DNA of 64,000 nt, taken from NCBI GenBank assembly GCA_951406725.2, contig OX597817.1, positions 77,128,001 through 77,192,000 of the forward strand, written 5' to 3'. The DNA is from Octopus vulgaris. Its lineage: Eukaryota. The position numbers and the translations under genes were made by a program. Numbering within the stretch: position 1 is the stretch's first letter; each line of letters opens with the position of its first letter. The notes below the pieces were generated by a model that was not told the DNA's origin, ran no database searches, and worked only from the letters and a program-made list of their open reading frames with translations. Shown piece by piece: positions 40,048-54,113 of this stretch.

Positions 40048-40434
40048 GGGAAGAGAGAGATGTATTGTGATCGGGATCATCAACATTATCATATCATTTA
40101 CTCACCTCCTGAAATGTCAAACTGTTGTTGCACAAGTCCCATCCTGTTTGCTAGGCCATGTTAGCCAATAAACAGAAAGAAACTGAGAGTTGCCTGAATA
40201 TTTTTGCTTAAATAAATAATAAATAAATGTCTCCCTGGAAATTAGGTGCATGCAGCGAATGGGTGAGTTGGTGGATGGGTGGGGAGTTGGTCTCTTTTAG
40301 AGCCAGAATTTAACCCCTATGTTACCATATTTCTGTGAAACTACAACGCCTTTATTTGAAAATAAGGAAGAACTTAAGTGAAATAACACTTCTTCAACTT
40401 CTTCTTCTTATTATTATTATTATTACTATTATTA

Positions 40435-40665
40435 AGGCAGCAAGCTGCCAGAATCATTAGCACACTGGGCAAAATGCTTTGAAGAATTTCATCCGTCTTT
40501 GTGTTTTGAGTTCAAATTCTGCTATGGTTGACTTTGCCTTTCATCCTCTTGGGGTCAATAGGATAAGTACCAATTGAGTACTGGAGTCGATGTAATCAAC
40601 TTATCTCCTCCCACGAAATTGCTGGCCTGGTGCCAAAATTTGAAACCATTATTATTATTATTATT
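40435..40665 (+). mobile_element. SINE family A
   Basis: GGCAGCAAGCTGCCAGAATC head, GACTTTGCCTTTCATCCTCTTGGGGTC; (ATT)n flanks. Confidence 0.85.
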
Positions 40666-41501
40666 ATTATTTTTATTAAGGTGGCAAGCTGGCAGAATTG
40701 TTAGCATGCATACACATTATAACAGAAAGGCTCTGATTTCCATTGGTAAACCTAGCCAGACTTTCTTTAGAATATTCACTGCCTGAATATTTTCTAAAAT
40801 ATGAAATGAAAATTTGAAGGAATCTCTTATCCTTACATTCTTTCATTTAAAACCTTTGTAAATGACACATGCAAAAACAGCTGCTTCAAGCTTGTGTTTT
40901 TGGTTTCATTTCTGGTTCTTGTGGTAATATTATTATTTACATCATTAACTCCATACAGTCGAAGTCGTGAAACTGCACTGCTGTTTAAGTCATGTTCCAA
41001 AATAATACTTTTAAGTAATGCTTTCAATTAATACTTTTAATTAATGTTTTTACGAACAACAAGTGTGTATGCAGGTGTTCATTTTGCCTATGCTGTGCAG
41101 ATGCATACATATAGACATATGTACACTTACAGACACACACATGTATATATACAGAATTGTATATTCATGTATACATATAAGCTTATATACATATATTCAC
41201 ACATAGACATGCACACACATACATTAAAACATAGATCAATAAAACCTATTAATTAAGCATTTTGAACACCAATGCTGTTTTCTGAACCAGAAGGAAATTC
41301 AAGGAGGCCTGTATTTGCATAAAAGATACTTAGCTGTATGGATACAAGGTATTAATAGTTCATTTCTATTTTTTCAAACTATTGGTGCCTCGAATCAAAA
41401 TTCTCAGGTTTTTGTTCAAACGAAGGTCACACTGCATCACTAATTTGAAAGATCGTTAGCCACTACACACATTTTCTTTCTCTACTTTTTTTTCTGTGTC
41501 C

Positions 41502-41537
41502 CTTTCTGTAGAAGAGCGTAGGCTCGAAACGCAAATG
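41502..41537 (+). ncRNA. Degenerate hammerhead-like motif in a short element (~41400-41628) ending in (TA)n
   Basis: CTTT-CTGTAGA-A-GAGC gtag GCTC-GAAA-CG-CA; core deviates at A6 and at the cleavage triplet. Confidence 0.4.
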
Positions 41538-41656
41538 ACTTTTTCTATTCCTGAGCGTTATACTAATATATCTGTTTGTTTTGTACACCACCTGTCTTCG
41601 TCTTTTGCTTTTTTCATAAACTCTCCCTATATATATATATATATATATATACATAC

Positions 41657-41707
<51 letters not shown>

Positions 41708-42885
41708 CATATGTATATATATGTATATATATACATATGTAAGGGTGCGATGGTCATGGCTGGAGTACCTTTGATTATAGTCTAGTCTCAGTTCAGAGAG
41801 AACTGACCTGAGGTTAAATATCAACAAAAATGAACAATTAAAGAATTTGTTTGGAATGAAATCAGGGGAAGCACAAAAAAAGTCTAATATGCAGGCAATT
41901 TGTTCCGAGCAGTGTGGCATTGACCAGAGTTTTAATAATCAACCCAGAAAAAGTATATAAAAAGTCAATTGGTGCATATATATATATATATATATATATA
42001 TGCATGTATGTATATAAAAGAAAAAAATAACACAAAAAGAATGCAACGAATCTAACGTGGTGTGAACAAACTTTCTTGCGGATCTCTCTCGGTGTACAGA
42101 CGGAACTGTAAACTTTAAACTTCCTGCAACTCTTCCCACACCCGAAAAATTCAGCAGACAACCGTCATCCCCACCCCCACCCCATTACCACCCCGACCAC
42201 CACCACTACCAACAACAACAACAACAACAACACTTAGAAGAAATATCAAATCTAAGAGAAACGAATTTAAATTAAAAAGAATACACCAAATAAAGTTGTA
42301 AGCTTTTTATGTTTGTTTTTGTGCTTGTTTCTTTGCCCTTGTTGTTGTTGTTGTTGTTGTTGCTGCTGCTGTTTGGGGTATCTAGTTGTACTTTTGTATT
42401 TGCTTTGGTCGTTGTTGTTGTTGTTGCTGTTGGTGTTTTTCTTTTCATTTATCATTTTGGGATTTTTTTTTGTGACTAAACTGGATCATAATATATTGAA
42501 TGACTTCATTAATAGAAGCACAAGTGGTGGTGATGATATCAGAGGTGATGGTGGTTCTGATGCTGCTGTTGTTGTTGTAGGTGGTGGTAGTGGCAATAAT
42601 TGTGGTATTATTATTAGTGGGAGAGAATACGAGAAAAAAGAAAAAGAGACACATGCGCACACATACACAAACAACACCCCCTCCAAAATTATGTACACAC
42701 ACACACACACACACATTCAGAATTTAAAAGAAAGAGCTGGTGTGAAGTGTAGGAGTAGGGACAAAAACAACCAACACAAGGCATGTAAACAAATATAAAT
42801 TTTCATTATGGTTGTTGTTTTTTTTTTTTTATCACTTCCCATATTCAGAGGATAAATATTTAACATTACATGAAAACTCATATAC

Positions 42886-42946
<61 letters not shown>

Positions 42947-43036
42947 TACACAGATATATCCATATTCAGGAAACAAAGTACAAACATCCTATCTGTTATA
43001 GAATCTCTTTCTTTAAACATACACATGAACATACAG

Positions 43037-43067
<31 letters not shown>

Positions 43068-43116
43068 CTACAAAATTAGAAAATGGAGAAACATACTTAA
43101 ATCAATCAAACATCAA

Positions 43117-43157
<41 letters not shown>

Positions 43158-43254
43158 CATACATATATATATATGAACATATATGTGAGTGTGTATATGT
43201 ATGTATTATAAAATGCGTTGATAATACTGGGTAGCTGTAAACAAACACATAGAC

Positions 43255-43309
<55 letters not shown>

Positions 43310-43736
43310 AATACATGCATGTTTTGAAATACTGATATGTATAAATACATGTACAAATGATACATGAGAACAAATTATACATGTATACACACAACACACA
43401 AATGCCCTATCAATTATATCTTTATTTAAATACACACACACACAAATAGACAGAGAGACACATACATACACAAGTATATAAATTTCAGACACATGCAAGC
43501 AATTACGCAAACACAGATTCACTCATAAATATGTTGTAAAACAAGCAAACCACGCACACCATCATCACAACCACCATGACCACTACGGCACAGATATTCA
43601 CTCATTAACCTCACTCAATTATTAGCCAGTTGTAATCACATGATGGAAACAAAAAAAAAAACATGTTAAAAATAGCAAAGAGAGTAAGAAAATACTGATA
43701 ATTGTAATTTTTAACCATGCCAGAAACAAAACAATA

Positions 43737-44109
43737 AACAAGAGCATTCAGAGAGCACAAACCTCTATGAAAGCAACACCAATGTCTTCTCAATGATTAG
43801 CCAGAGATGATTTTTAAAATGAGAATATTTTAAATAAATCTGACTGCTCTCGCGAACAAGAAAATTCAAAATGAGCCCAACCACTCTCAAAAGTTAAGTG
43901 GAAAAAAAAAAACAAAAAAAAAAAACGGAAAAATAATCCAGAATCCTTGTCTAGCACCAGATCGATCCCAAAATGTAATCAGTTCGTGTCTGTCATGAGG
44001 CCAAACATCCCTGAATGTTTCATCTGATTCCATCCAGCAGTTCTTGAGATATCAAACAAACAAATGCAGGTGAAAACAATGCATCTGCCTTCACTAAGCA
44101 ACAGATAAT
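43737..44109 (+). mobile_element. Helentron/HINE (DINE-1-like) non-autonomous element
   Basis: Start AACAAGAGCATTCAGAGAGCACAAACCTC; TTTCATC...TTCTTGAGATATC core; (ACAA)n; GAAAACAAT followed by a degenerate terminal hairpin. Confidence 0.6.
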
Positions 44110-44487
44110 AATTCTATATACATAATAAAACTAAGTGTACTTGTGTAATTATATATATATATATCATCATCATCATTGTTTAATGTTCATTCTCCATACT
44201 GGCATGGATTGGGCAGTTTGATATTGAGCTGGTTAGAAAGGAGCTGTTGAGATCACAGCTGTCTATTGTGACATGGTTTCTATGGCTAGATGCCCTTCCT
44301 AACACCAACCCAATATATATATATATCCAAAATTGGTTTTAAGGGCTATTAGTGGGACATAAATCTAAATTACATAAAAACTCTGCATGGTAGAACAATG
44401 GAAAGCCTATAACTTTATTTATCCAACTTTCCAGGTGCAATCCCATGGTCATTCCCAACTGAAGAGGGTCCTATATATCTATTAAGT

Positions 44488-44813
44488 GAAGGTGCAAGGC
44501 TCTGTGGTTTGAGCGTTGGGCTCACAATCCTGAGGTAGTGAATTCAATTCCCAGGCCAGTCTGTGTTCTTGAGCAAGACACTTTATTCCACATTGCTCCA
44601 GTTCACTCAGCTGTAGAAATGAGTTGCGATGTCATTGGTGCCAAGCTGTATCGGCCTTTGCCTTTCTCTTGGATAACATTGGTGGTGTGGAGAGGGTAGG
44701 CTGGTATGCATGGATGACTGTTGGTCTTCTAGAAACAACCCTGCATGGACTTGTGCCTCAGAAGGTAAATTTCTAGGTACAAACCCATGGTCATTCATGA
44801 CCAAGGGGATCTT
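44488..44813 (+). mobile_element. SINE family D
   Basis: tRNA-like head, TGTGTTCTTGAGCAAGACACTTTATT, CAGTTCACTCAGCTGTAGAAATGAG; reverse copy at 53767-54021, 3' piece at 48780-48910. Confidence 0.82.
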
Positions 44814-45058
44814 ATATTCTTTTCAATACCAAGCATACTTATTAACGCAACTATGTGTGCATAATTTCTTCCTTACTGAAAGGAATACAGCATGAAGAAG
44901 TTTGCAAAATGGTCATAAGTCATGTGGTTAAATATATATATATTCACATCTCATATGATTTTATGCTTTCATATATTCCTCATGAAATAATTTCATTGAT
45001 TGGGTCTGTTATATGTGCGTGTGTGTACATGTATGTGTACTTGTTTCTATTATACATA

Positions 45059-45093
<35 letters not shown>

Positions 45094-45788
45094 ATGCATA
45101 TAATATATGCATGTATACATACATAGATGAAAGAGGAAAAGAAGGAGAAGGAGAAGAAGAAGGAGAAGAAGAAGAACAACAATAATAATACTCAGTGTCA
45201 TACTGTACTATGCACAAAGTTGGTCAGGAAGTGGATACTATTTTTCTTGCCTTATTGTTCTTGATTTTATTGAGTTTCAACCCCATCTCCACCACTGCCT
45301 ACACACACATATACACAAACCTACAGACCCTTACACAATAAACTAACTCCACATGAATTCTTATCAGCTCCAGCCAACATGGTAACTTTATCTGTTTAGA
45401 TGTAACAGCCAATTCTTCTTCAAATCACATGATACTGACGATAGAGAAAGATAAAAAAAAGACTGACAGGGAAAAATACAGCGGATATATTGAATAGCTT
45501 AGTCCTAGGAGAGCCCTTTTCCTTTTTCTGAAAACAAAAAGAAATAACCCCTCACAAAAGACAAAAGACAAAGGTTGCTGGTTGGTCATAGCTATAACAA
45601 CTTTCATTATAGCTCCTTTAGGCGCTGTTTTGAGTAAGTTAATTAAATGACTTGGAAATATGATTAAAATGTCTAGCACTTTGGATATGAAAGTTGGAGG
45701 CCTTTTTCTTAAAGCTACTGTGTGGCGCCTTGGGCTGACCAAAGCCTTCTGAGTGGATATAGTAGACGGAAACTGTAAGAAGCCCATC

Positions 45789-45833
<45 letters not shown>

Positions 45834-45837
<4 letters not shown>

Positions 45838-46050
45838 ATCCAAACAAGAAAACACAAAAAAACAAAAAAAAAAACACAACAACGCGAGGACGTGGAACAA
45901 ATAAAGTATTATTGGACACTCAGGAAAGAAGGGAAGAAGGAGGGTTTAACGTTTCGAGCGGAGCTCTTCATCGGAAACATAGGAGAAGGAAAGATCCCGA
46001 GAAGGAAAGACAGAGGAAAAAAAATCGCCAGCAGTACTCACGAGGTCATA
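45834..46050 (-). mobile_element. Young HHR-bearing short element in (TA)n inside a SINE B, same family as 33790-33985
   Basis: Minus 45944-45978: GTTT-CCGATGA-A-GAGC tcc GCTC-GAAA-CG-TT-AAAC (palindrome AACGTT); (TA)n on both sides. Confidence 0.75.
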
Positions 46051-46434
46051 TATATATATGAAACTGAACATTAAAACAACACTGATTGTGTGTGTGTGTG
46101 TGTATTTATATACATGAGTGAGTAGACAAATGAAAGAAGGGCACTCAGCACATTTACTGGGAGTTTCATTTATGCATGTTACTCTGTATCTGTGTTTGTG
46201 TCCCAACACTATTTGACAACCGATGTTGGTGTGTTTATGTCCCCGTAACTTGGGGGATTAGCAAAAGAGTACCAATAAGTACCAGGCTTAGAAAAAACCC
46301 TAAGAACTGGGGTCAATTCGTTTGACAAAATTTCTTCTAGGCAGTGCCCCAGCATGGCCACAGTTTAATGAATGAAACAAGCAAAAGATAAAATACATAT
46401 GTATGTAGGTATGTATGTATGTATCTATCTATCT

Positions 46435-46483
<49 letters not shown>

Positions 46484-46733
46484 TGGTTTTTATTGTGCAC
46501 ACTTGGACTTCGTCAGTCTTTAAGCAGTTGTGCAATAAATGACAACAAACAATCCTTCTGTTTATTTATACACCCATCTATTTTTATACATCCATCCACT
46601 TGTGTCATGAAGAAGAAACAAATACACTGAAGGGTGATAAAACAGAAAACTAACAAGCAATAAAAGCATGATTCAATAGCCGTGAAAGAGTTGAACAGGC
46701 CAGACAATATCCAACATGTATATACATATAGTC

Positions 46734-46789
<56 letters not shown>

Positions 46790-46933
46790 GTATATATATA
46801 CATATATACACATATAGATATATATATATAGAAAATGTATGCTCATATATGCGTATACTACATACACAGACACACAAGCATGCATACATGTCTGCGTTTA
46901 CGTCATACATACATATATGTCAAAGCAAACATA

Positions 46934-46993
<60 letters not shown>

Positions 46994-47346
46994 GATACAA
47001 CCATATAAATATATAATAATAGCTAGACACATGTATGCATACAACACAAAGGCATTCACACCCACTCTTCCCACATGCATACATGTATAAATACACTTGC
47101 ATACACACATACATTTGTAGACCAATCAAGTGAACCCTTTATATGTATGTGTGTGTGTGTGTGTGTGTATCTACTTATATCTATTTATCTTTGCATATAT
47201 ATATATATATACATAATGTAATTAAGATTCAGTTGAATTAGGTACTTACATTGAAGCACCTTGCTAGTTTGGTATAGTCCATACACCTCAACAATATTAT
47301 TTGAATGTTGCCCAAGATGCCACGCAGTGGGACTGAACCCAGAACC

Positions 47347-47398
<52 letters not shown>

Positions 47399-47944
47399 TA
47401 CTATTTAGAAAGTTTGATTTTGGGTTCATGTGAGTTAAAGATTTGTGGGTTTCATACAGAAACCTTACAAAACTGTAAAATGCATGGAACCAATGATAAT
47501 ATATGTAATCCTTAATAAATGTGTTCAGTGCCTCTTTCTCTCATTTGTCAACTCATATATATATACAACTGTCACTACACAAACCTGACGATTGCATAAC
47601 GCATGAAAGTACTAGTTTATTTCAATACTGTAAAATTGTAAAAATTGCAAATAATAAAACGTGAAAATCAGACTAAGTTGGAATATGTATATATGTGTGT
47701 GAGAGAAAGAGAGAGTAAAGACATGTCGTCTTGACATCAGAAGTATTGCGGTTTTGATCTAGCTGTGTCTGGTCTCAGTTGATCTAATAAAGACAACATT
47801 ATTACTATGACCTGACAAACAGTAGATTAGAGAGGATGAAATCAACTCATATGCTCTATGGTGAATTATATAAATTTATTGCAGATTTACTGACAGAGAT
47901 TGTACTACAGGAGGGTAAGCATGTTGTTATTGTTGTTGTAGTCA

Positions 47945-48350
47945 GTGTTGCTGTTGTTAATTAGCCCTAGGCTAATCCTCGTTGAGTGCAGGCAGACTTA
48001 TGATCCCATAGTAAATAAATAAAGAAAGAAAGAAAATTCTGGACCACATTACATTTTGTTGCTGTTATTTAGCCCTAGGTCAGAGACAGATGAGCTCAGG
48101 CAAATATAGATCAAATGTTTTGAGCCATAAAAATTAGTTTTTTGCCCTATGTAAAAGGAAATCAGAACCCTCTGTTGTTGTTTAACCTCAGATCAAATCT
48201 GACTGAACAGATCTATAAACAAATGTATTCCAGCTGTGATGATCCTGTCCTCTTCCTATATAAAGGAAACTCCAAAAGTATCACATTATCGACCATGTTC
48301 CTTGTTGTGGATGTTGTTGTTTAGCTCAAGCCATCCCTGATTGGATGTTT
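47945..48350 (+). repeat. Array of four diverged units of a dispersed repeat (GTTGTTGTTTAGCCC.AGGTCAG...TATGATCAAA...TTCCAG)
   Basis: Units start near 47950, 48060, 48175 and 48313; single copies at ~11270 (-), ~41750 (-) and ~59065 (+). Confidence 0.65.
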
Positions 48351-48614
48351 GGTGCACATACTTTCCCTCTATAGAAGTAGTAGTAGCAGCAGCAGCTGAA
48401 TAACAGATCACAAATTGAAACTAATTTAGATAAAACTGACACTTCAGAACACTGGTCTATGATGGGGTTAATATTGTCCCCTTGAGGGTGTGGCTACTGA
48501 AGGGGTCAATAAACACCTGACACAGTTTTGATTATTTACTTTTAATGAAGGAAAGGAACAGAATGAAACTGAAAGGTGCATGGTAATTTAAGACTAAAAC
48601 ACACTAGTTTCCAA

Positions 48615-48765
48615 TTGGTTTCAAATTTTGGCACAAGACCAGCAATTTCAGGGAAGTGGATAAGCCAATTACATCGACCCCAGTGCTCAATTGGTACTTA
48701 ATTTATTGACCCTGAAAGGATGAAAGGCAAAGATGACCCTGGTAGAATGTGAACTTGGAACATAG
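48615..48765 (-). mobile_element. SINE family A, 5'-truncated
   Basis: CGACCCCAGTGCTCAATTGGTACTTAATTTATTGACCCTGAAAGGATGAAAGGC. Confidence 0.82.
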
Positions 48766-49372
48766 AGACGTATACGAAATGGAGCAGGGTGGCTAGTATG
48801 CATGGGCAACTGCTTATCTTCTACAGACAACCTTGCCTGGACTTGTGCCTTGGAGGGTAACTTTCTAGGTATAATCCCATGGTCATTCATGACTGAAGGG
48901 GGTCTTTACTCTTTAATATGTCTTGTATTCTTTCTAACAAATATCAGTGTCTATGTGTGTGTGAGAGAGAGAAAGGGGGTCAATTCTATCATTATTTTCT
49001 AGCTCCAAGAGAAAACTAACAGAAGCAAACAGGCTTTATCAAATTACCTTTCCATTATACCTAAGACTTACATGGACCAATGTGCCTTCCCATCTGTGAC
49101 TGCAAAGGAAAGCAATAGCTATTTCTAGCAGGTCATCATGGAATATATATCAAACATGAGGCAGCTAGTTTGAATATCTGCTAGTTTCATATATTTATTT
49201 ATTTATTTATTTAGATGGTGGATGCTAGGAGTCGCATCTATTTTTGGCAGGGAATCAATACAACACCCGGCCTATTTTTATAAAATAATAATAATAATAA
49301 TAATGATAATGATGATGATAATGATAACAATGATAATAAAACAAAATAAACACACACATACATACATATGAG

Positions 49373-49405
<33 letters not shown>

Positions 49406-49600
49406 GCAAACAAAAGTCAGACTTTGGGTGTATATCTCTTTGAATTTGTGTTATTATTATTTTTATGATTTTCTTTCTGGTAATTTTCTCTCTCTCTCTT
49501 TCTCTCTCTTGTTCTCTGTCTATTATTCTTCTCTTTTACTTTTCCCAGTATCTGCTTTTCCATCTGCAATTTTGATTGTCTACCCTCTCCCCGCCTTCTC

Positions 49601-49637
<37 letters not shown>

Positions 49638-50041
49638 ATTACACACATACACACACGCACAATTTTCCGCAAAAAAAAAAAACTAATAGAAATACACAAA
49701 CAAAAACCAAACAAAAGAACACCCTTTTATATTCTCATCTGATCTTATTCCATCCTATCCTGTTCCATCCAAAACAACATCAACAACAACAATAGAAGCC
49801 ACAATGTGAGTTTGATTACAGAAGAGTCGAGAGGAAAGAACATGTGCAAAATGGTGGGAAGAAGAGATTGTGAACAGAGGGATGTATTGATATGTATATG
49901 TGTGTGTGTGTATTCATGCATGTGTGTGTGCATGTGTGTGTGTATATAAATGTATGTACATATATATATATATATGTATATATATGTATGTGTGTATTCA
50001 TGCATGTGTGTGCATGTGTGTGTATATATAAATGTATGTAC

Positions 50042-50073
<32 letters not shown>

Positions 50074-50110
50074 GTATGTACATATATATATGTATATATA
50101 TACATATATG

Positions 50111-50153
<43 letters not shown>

Positions 50154-50871
50154 GTATGTACATATATATATATGTGTATATGTATGTGTGTATGTATGCA
50201 TGTATATGTATGTATGAGAGGGGGGAGAGAAAGAGATGGGGGTGAGGGAGAAAGAGGATGGACATGGGAGTAATTTCTGTTGTAATCATAACGATGCTAT
50301 AAGGGAATGTCTACCATCAAACAGCAGTACCATCACCACCACCATCACCAGAACCACCATCATCATCATCATCATCATCATAATCATTATCGTCATTGTC
50401 ACCATCATTTCATGGTTACCATTATCAACATCATCATAATTAGCGCCAACAACCACAACAACAACACCAAGTATTACAACAACAACAGCAACGGCAGCAA
50501 CAGTTTCTACACTTGCAGCAACAGTGGGATGTCAGAGTTATTTGAGCTCAGAAACAAACAGTTAAGTGTGAATCAGATACAAGGAATGATAAGGATGATG
50601 GGAGGGAGTGGAAAGACACAAACAGACAGTGAATGACAAATATCTATCAGTCTATTCAATCAATCAATCAATCGATCAATCTATGTGCATATGTTTATTT
50701 ACATTTGTACTCTGTGGAAGCATGTGAAGGCGCATGGATTAATGGTTAGGCTGTCAAACTCATGATCGTAAGATTGTGGTTTCAATTCTTGGACTGGGTT
50801 ACACATTGTGTTCTTGGGCAAAACACTTCACTTCATGTCGCTCCAGTCCACTCAGAAAAGAAACAATAGTT

Positions 50872-51089
50872 TTGTTTCTATATTTAAGAGATGAGGAATT
50901 ATTTACATTATTTACAGTGCAGATATGAGCAGCATATGGGAACCGGTATTAAGGAAGAATAGAAAAATATTAGATTTATAAGCCCTAAAATTCCCTTCAT
51001 AATTGCCCACAGGCATATGGTGTAGTGGTTAAGAGCATAGGCTACTAACAATATTCCGAGTTCGATTCCAAGCAGTGACCTGAACGATG

Positions 51090-51122
<33 letters not shown>

Positions 51123-51211
51123 TCAAAAAATACCTTAGGAATGAGAAAACCCAGGTTCGAAATTTCCCCAAGACACCTGAAGATGAGGACAAATATCCGT
51201 TGAATGTAAAT
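50872..51211. mobile_element. 340-bp insertion with 15-bp TSD and an internal tRNA-like Pol III module
   Basis: AAAGAAACAATAGTT at 50857-50871 and 51212-51226; A-box-like TGGTGTAGTGG and B-box GAGTTCGATTCC within 51012-51080; internal (AAT)n. Confidence 0.75.
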
Positions 51212-51390
51212 AAAGAAACAATAGTTGGTATTTATTTTCCTGATGGCTTACAACTAAGAGACTGAATATAGCTATTAGATACATGAGACTAAAATTGTAA
51301 AAATTCGTCAGAAGAAATATATTCAAAAATATTCTGGGCCTTCTGCTTTGTCACTTTGTGATGGTTCTTCTTTTGCTTGATACCAATTCT

Positions 51391-51600
51391 AGCGGCGAGC
51401 TGGCAGAATAGTTAGTATACCAGGCAAAATGCTTAGCAGTATTTCAACTGTCTTTACGTTCTAAGTTCAAATTTCACTGATGTCAGCTTTGCCTTTCATC
51501 CTTTTGGGGTCAATAAATGAAGTATCATTGAAACACTAGGGTCAATGTACTTGACTGGTCCCCTCCCCCAAAATTTCAGTCCTTGTTCTTTTAGAAGAAA
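51391..51600 (+). mobile_element. SINE family A
   Basis: GCGGCGAGCTGGCAGAA head, GCCTTTCATCCTTTTGGGGTC. Confidence 0.85.
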
Positions 51601-51603
51601 AGA

Positions 51604-52080
51604 TCAAAATCAAAATCAAAATCGATCAACATCAATGGAATTTGTAGTTGTGATACCAGTGCCGGTGGCACATTAGAGAACCATCCGAACATGGCCGTAG
51701 CCAGCGCCGAGTGCTGGTGGCACGTAAGAGAACCATCCGAACATGGCCGTAGCCAGTGCCGCATCAACAGGCCTCCGTGCCGGTGGCACGTAACAAACAC
51801 CATCCGATCGTGGCCGTTGCCAGCCTCGCCTGGCCTCCGTACCGGTGGCACGTAAAAAGCCCCATCTGAGCGTGACCGTTCGCCAGCCTCGCCTGGCTCC
51901 AGTGCAGGTGGCACGTAAAAAGCACCCACTACACTCACGGAGTGGTTGGCGTTAGGAAGGGCATCCAGCTGTAGAAACACTGCCAGATCAGACTGGCCTG
52001 GTGCAGCCTTCGGGCTTCCCAGACCCCAGTTGAAACGTCCAACCCATGCTAGCATGAAAAACGGACGTTAAACGATGATG

Positions 52081-52081
<1 letters not shown>
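51604..52081 (+). mobile_element. SINE-like family C with five internal tandem units
   Basis: GGTGGCAC units near 51664, 51716, 51782, 51844 and 51907; family C 3' end. Confidence 0.88.
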
Positions 52082-52119
<38 letters not shown>

Positions 52120-52153
52120 ACGTGCACACATTGTAATTATAGAAATTTATGTA

Positions 52154-52194
<41 letters not shown>

Positions 52195-53766
52195 ATGTGT
52201 ATGGATGCACATTTAAAATATAAACTGCACTTAAAAAACAGACACATGCAAACATGACTACATACACATTTCACTAAATATGGGAATAACACACACACAC
52301 ACACACTTCAGCACAAACATACATACATACATACACATGTACTTATATACACAAACTGAGATTTACATAGACCTCCAGCTGCCCATCCCCCTCCCGCCTT
52401 CCCTCACTCATCTCACAAACATTCTACTCATTGACACAGTATTGATTTCAGCAAGTTGAGTGAACACACACACACACGACTGCAAAGAGATTTGGCCCCT
52501 GACCACCACACCTCTGGTAAAATATTGACCATTTACAACATAACAATACACACACACACACTCACATGCACACACACACACACACACAGTTATAGAGAGA
52601 AATGGTAACAACAACAACAGTGCTTTGTTTCTGTCCCTGTTGACCCCTTGCCTAAATATTGATCCTAATAAGGTTACAGAAGATAGATGGCAAACCTTCC
52701 CTCTCCTTGAACACACAGAGAACATACTGAGGTGCACCGAAGGGTGGATACATATATGCATATGCACACATGCACAGTTATACATACATACTTGGTAAAA
52801 CTGTCCTGGTTCACTTACTGACAAAATATTGATTAATGCAAGAGGTCATATGTGTTGAATGTGCATGTGTGTGTCTATGAATGTATGTATATATACATGA
52901 ATATATATATGTATGTTCGTGTGAATGCATACATATGTATGTATTGTGTATGCGTGTGTCTACAAATGTATGAATATATGCATGTTTGTGTGTATATATA
53001 TATATATATATGTGTGTGTATGTGTGTATGGTTTTGCGTAAGCATATGTATGTGCATATATGTATTCATGTGTGCATATGCATATTGTATGTACATATGT
53101 ATACACATGTGAGTATATATGTGTGTATATGTGTGTATATGTGACTGCATGTTTAAATCTATATGTATGTAAATGTGCATATGCATGTGTGTATGTATGC
53201 ATATATGTATGTATTTATAAGTGTATGCATTTATGTATGTGTTTATGCACTTATGTATGTATGCACATATATATATATGTCCTTGTTTGTCCCCTCTGTG
53301 TTTAGACCCTTGTGGGTGGTAATAAAGAAATAGGTATAGTGAAATTTGTAACACATTCCAAAGATTCCCTATATGAGATTCTTGAAACTAATATATGCAC
53401 ACACACACACACACACACACAAACAATAAAAAGTCATGCTCACACACAACATAAACACAGGTGCATAGATCTACACACACACACACACACATATACACCA
53501 ACTTAACCACATATTTATAAACCCCAAGAATGCTCTTAAATCAAAATGTCGTCACTTTGTTAGCAATGAGCTTGAACTCTATACAGAAGAAAATTTTTTT
53601 TTTAAATCCTAAAAATATACATTAACCACTCCTATTACCTAGACCAAAAAACTAGAAGTCAATGGTTTTTAAGATTCATCTAAACGGTTTTTGAATGTTG
53701 CATCATATGTCTTCAAAAGCATCTAGTAAACCTCAAGCATCAAAGTGTAGACATATATTGAATATC

Positions 53767-54021
53767 CATGCATGAGACAAGAGTCATGGAAATTGGGAAA
53801 AAGAGCCTCCCTTCTCCATGCCACCAATGTTATCCAAGGGGAAGACAAAGGCCGATACAGCTTGGCACCAGTTGTGTCGCAACTCATTTCTACAGCTGAG
53901 TGAACTGAAGCAATGTGAAATAAAGTGTCTTGCTCAAGAACACAACACAACAGCTCTGTCCGGGAATTGAACACACTACCTCATGTATGTGAGCCTGAGG
54001 CTCTGACCACTGAGCTGTGCA
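53767..54021 (-). mobile_element. SINE family D
   Basis: Reverse complement of ~44490-44730. Confidence 0.82.
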
Positions 54022-54080
54022 TATATGTGTGTGTGTGTGTGTGTATGTATATATATATATATATATATACATACACACAC

Positions 54081-54113
<33 letters not shown>

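Noticed and set aside
41862-42161. 99-aa minus-strand ORF (SAEFFGCGKSCRK...)
   Set aside because: No recognisable domain, it runs through a TA tract, and there is no clear splice-site support
51660-51930. CRISPR-like repeat-spacer appearance
   Set aside because: The intervening parts are homologous to each other, the context is a eukaryotic repeat, and no cas genes are present
51591-52055. MLAWVGRFNWGLG... ORF repeated at 4535-4831
   Set aside because: Antisense reading of SINE-like family C, not a gene family
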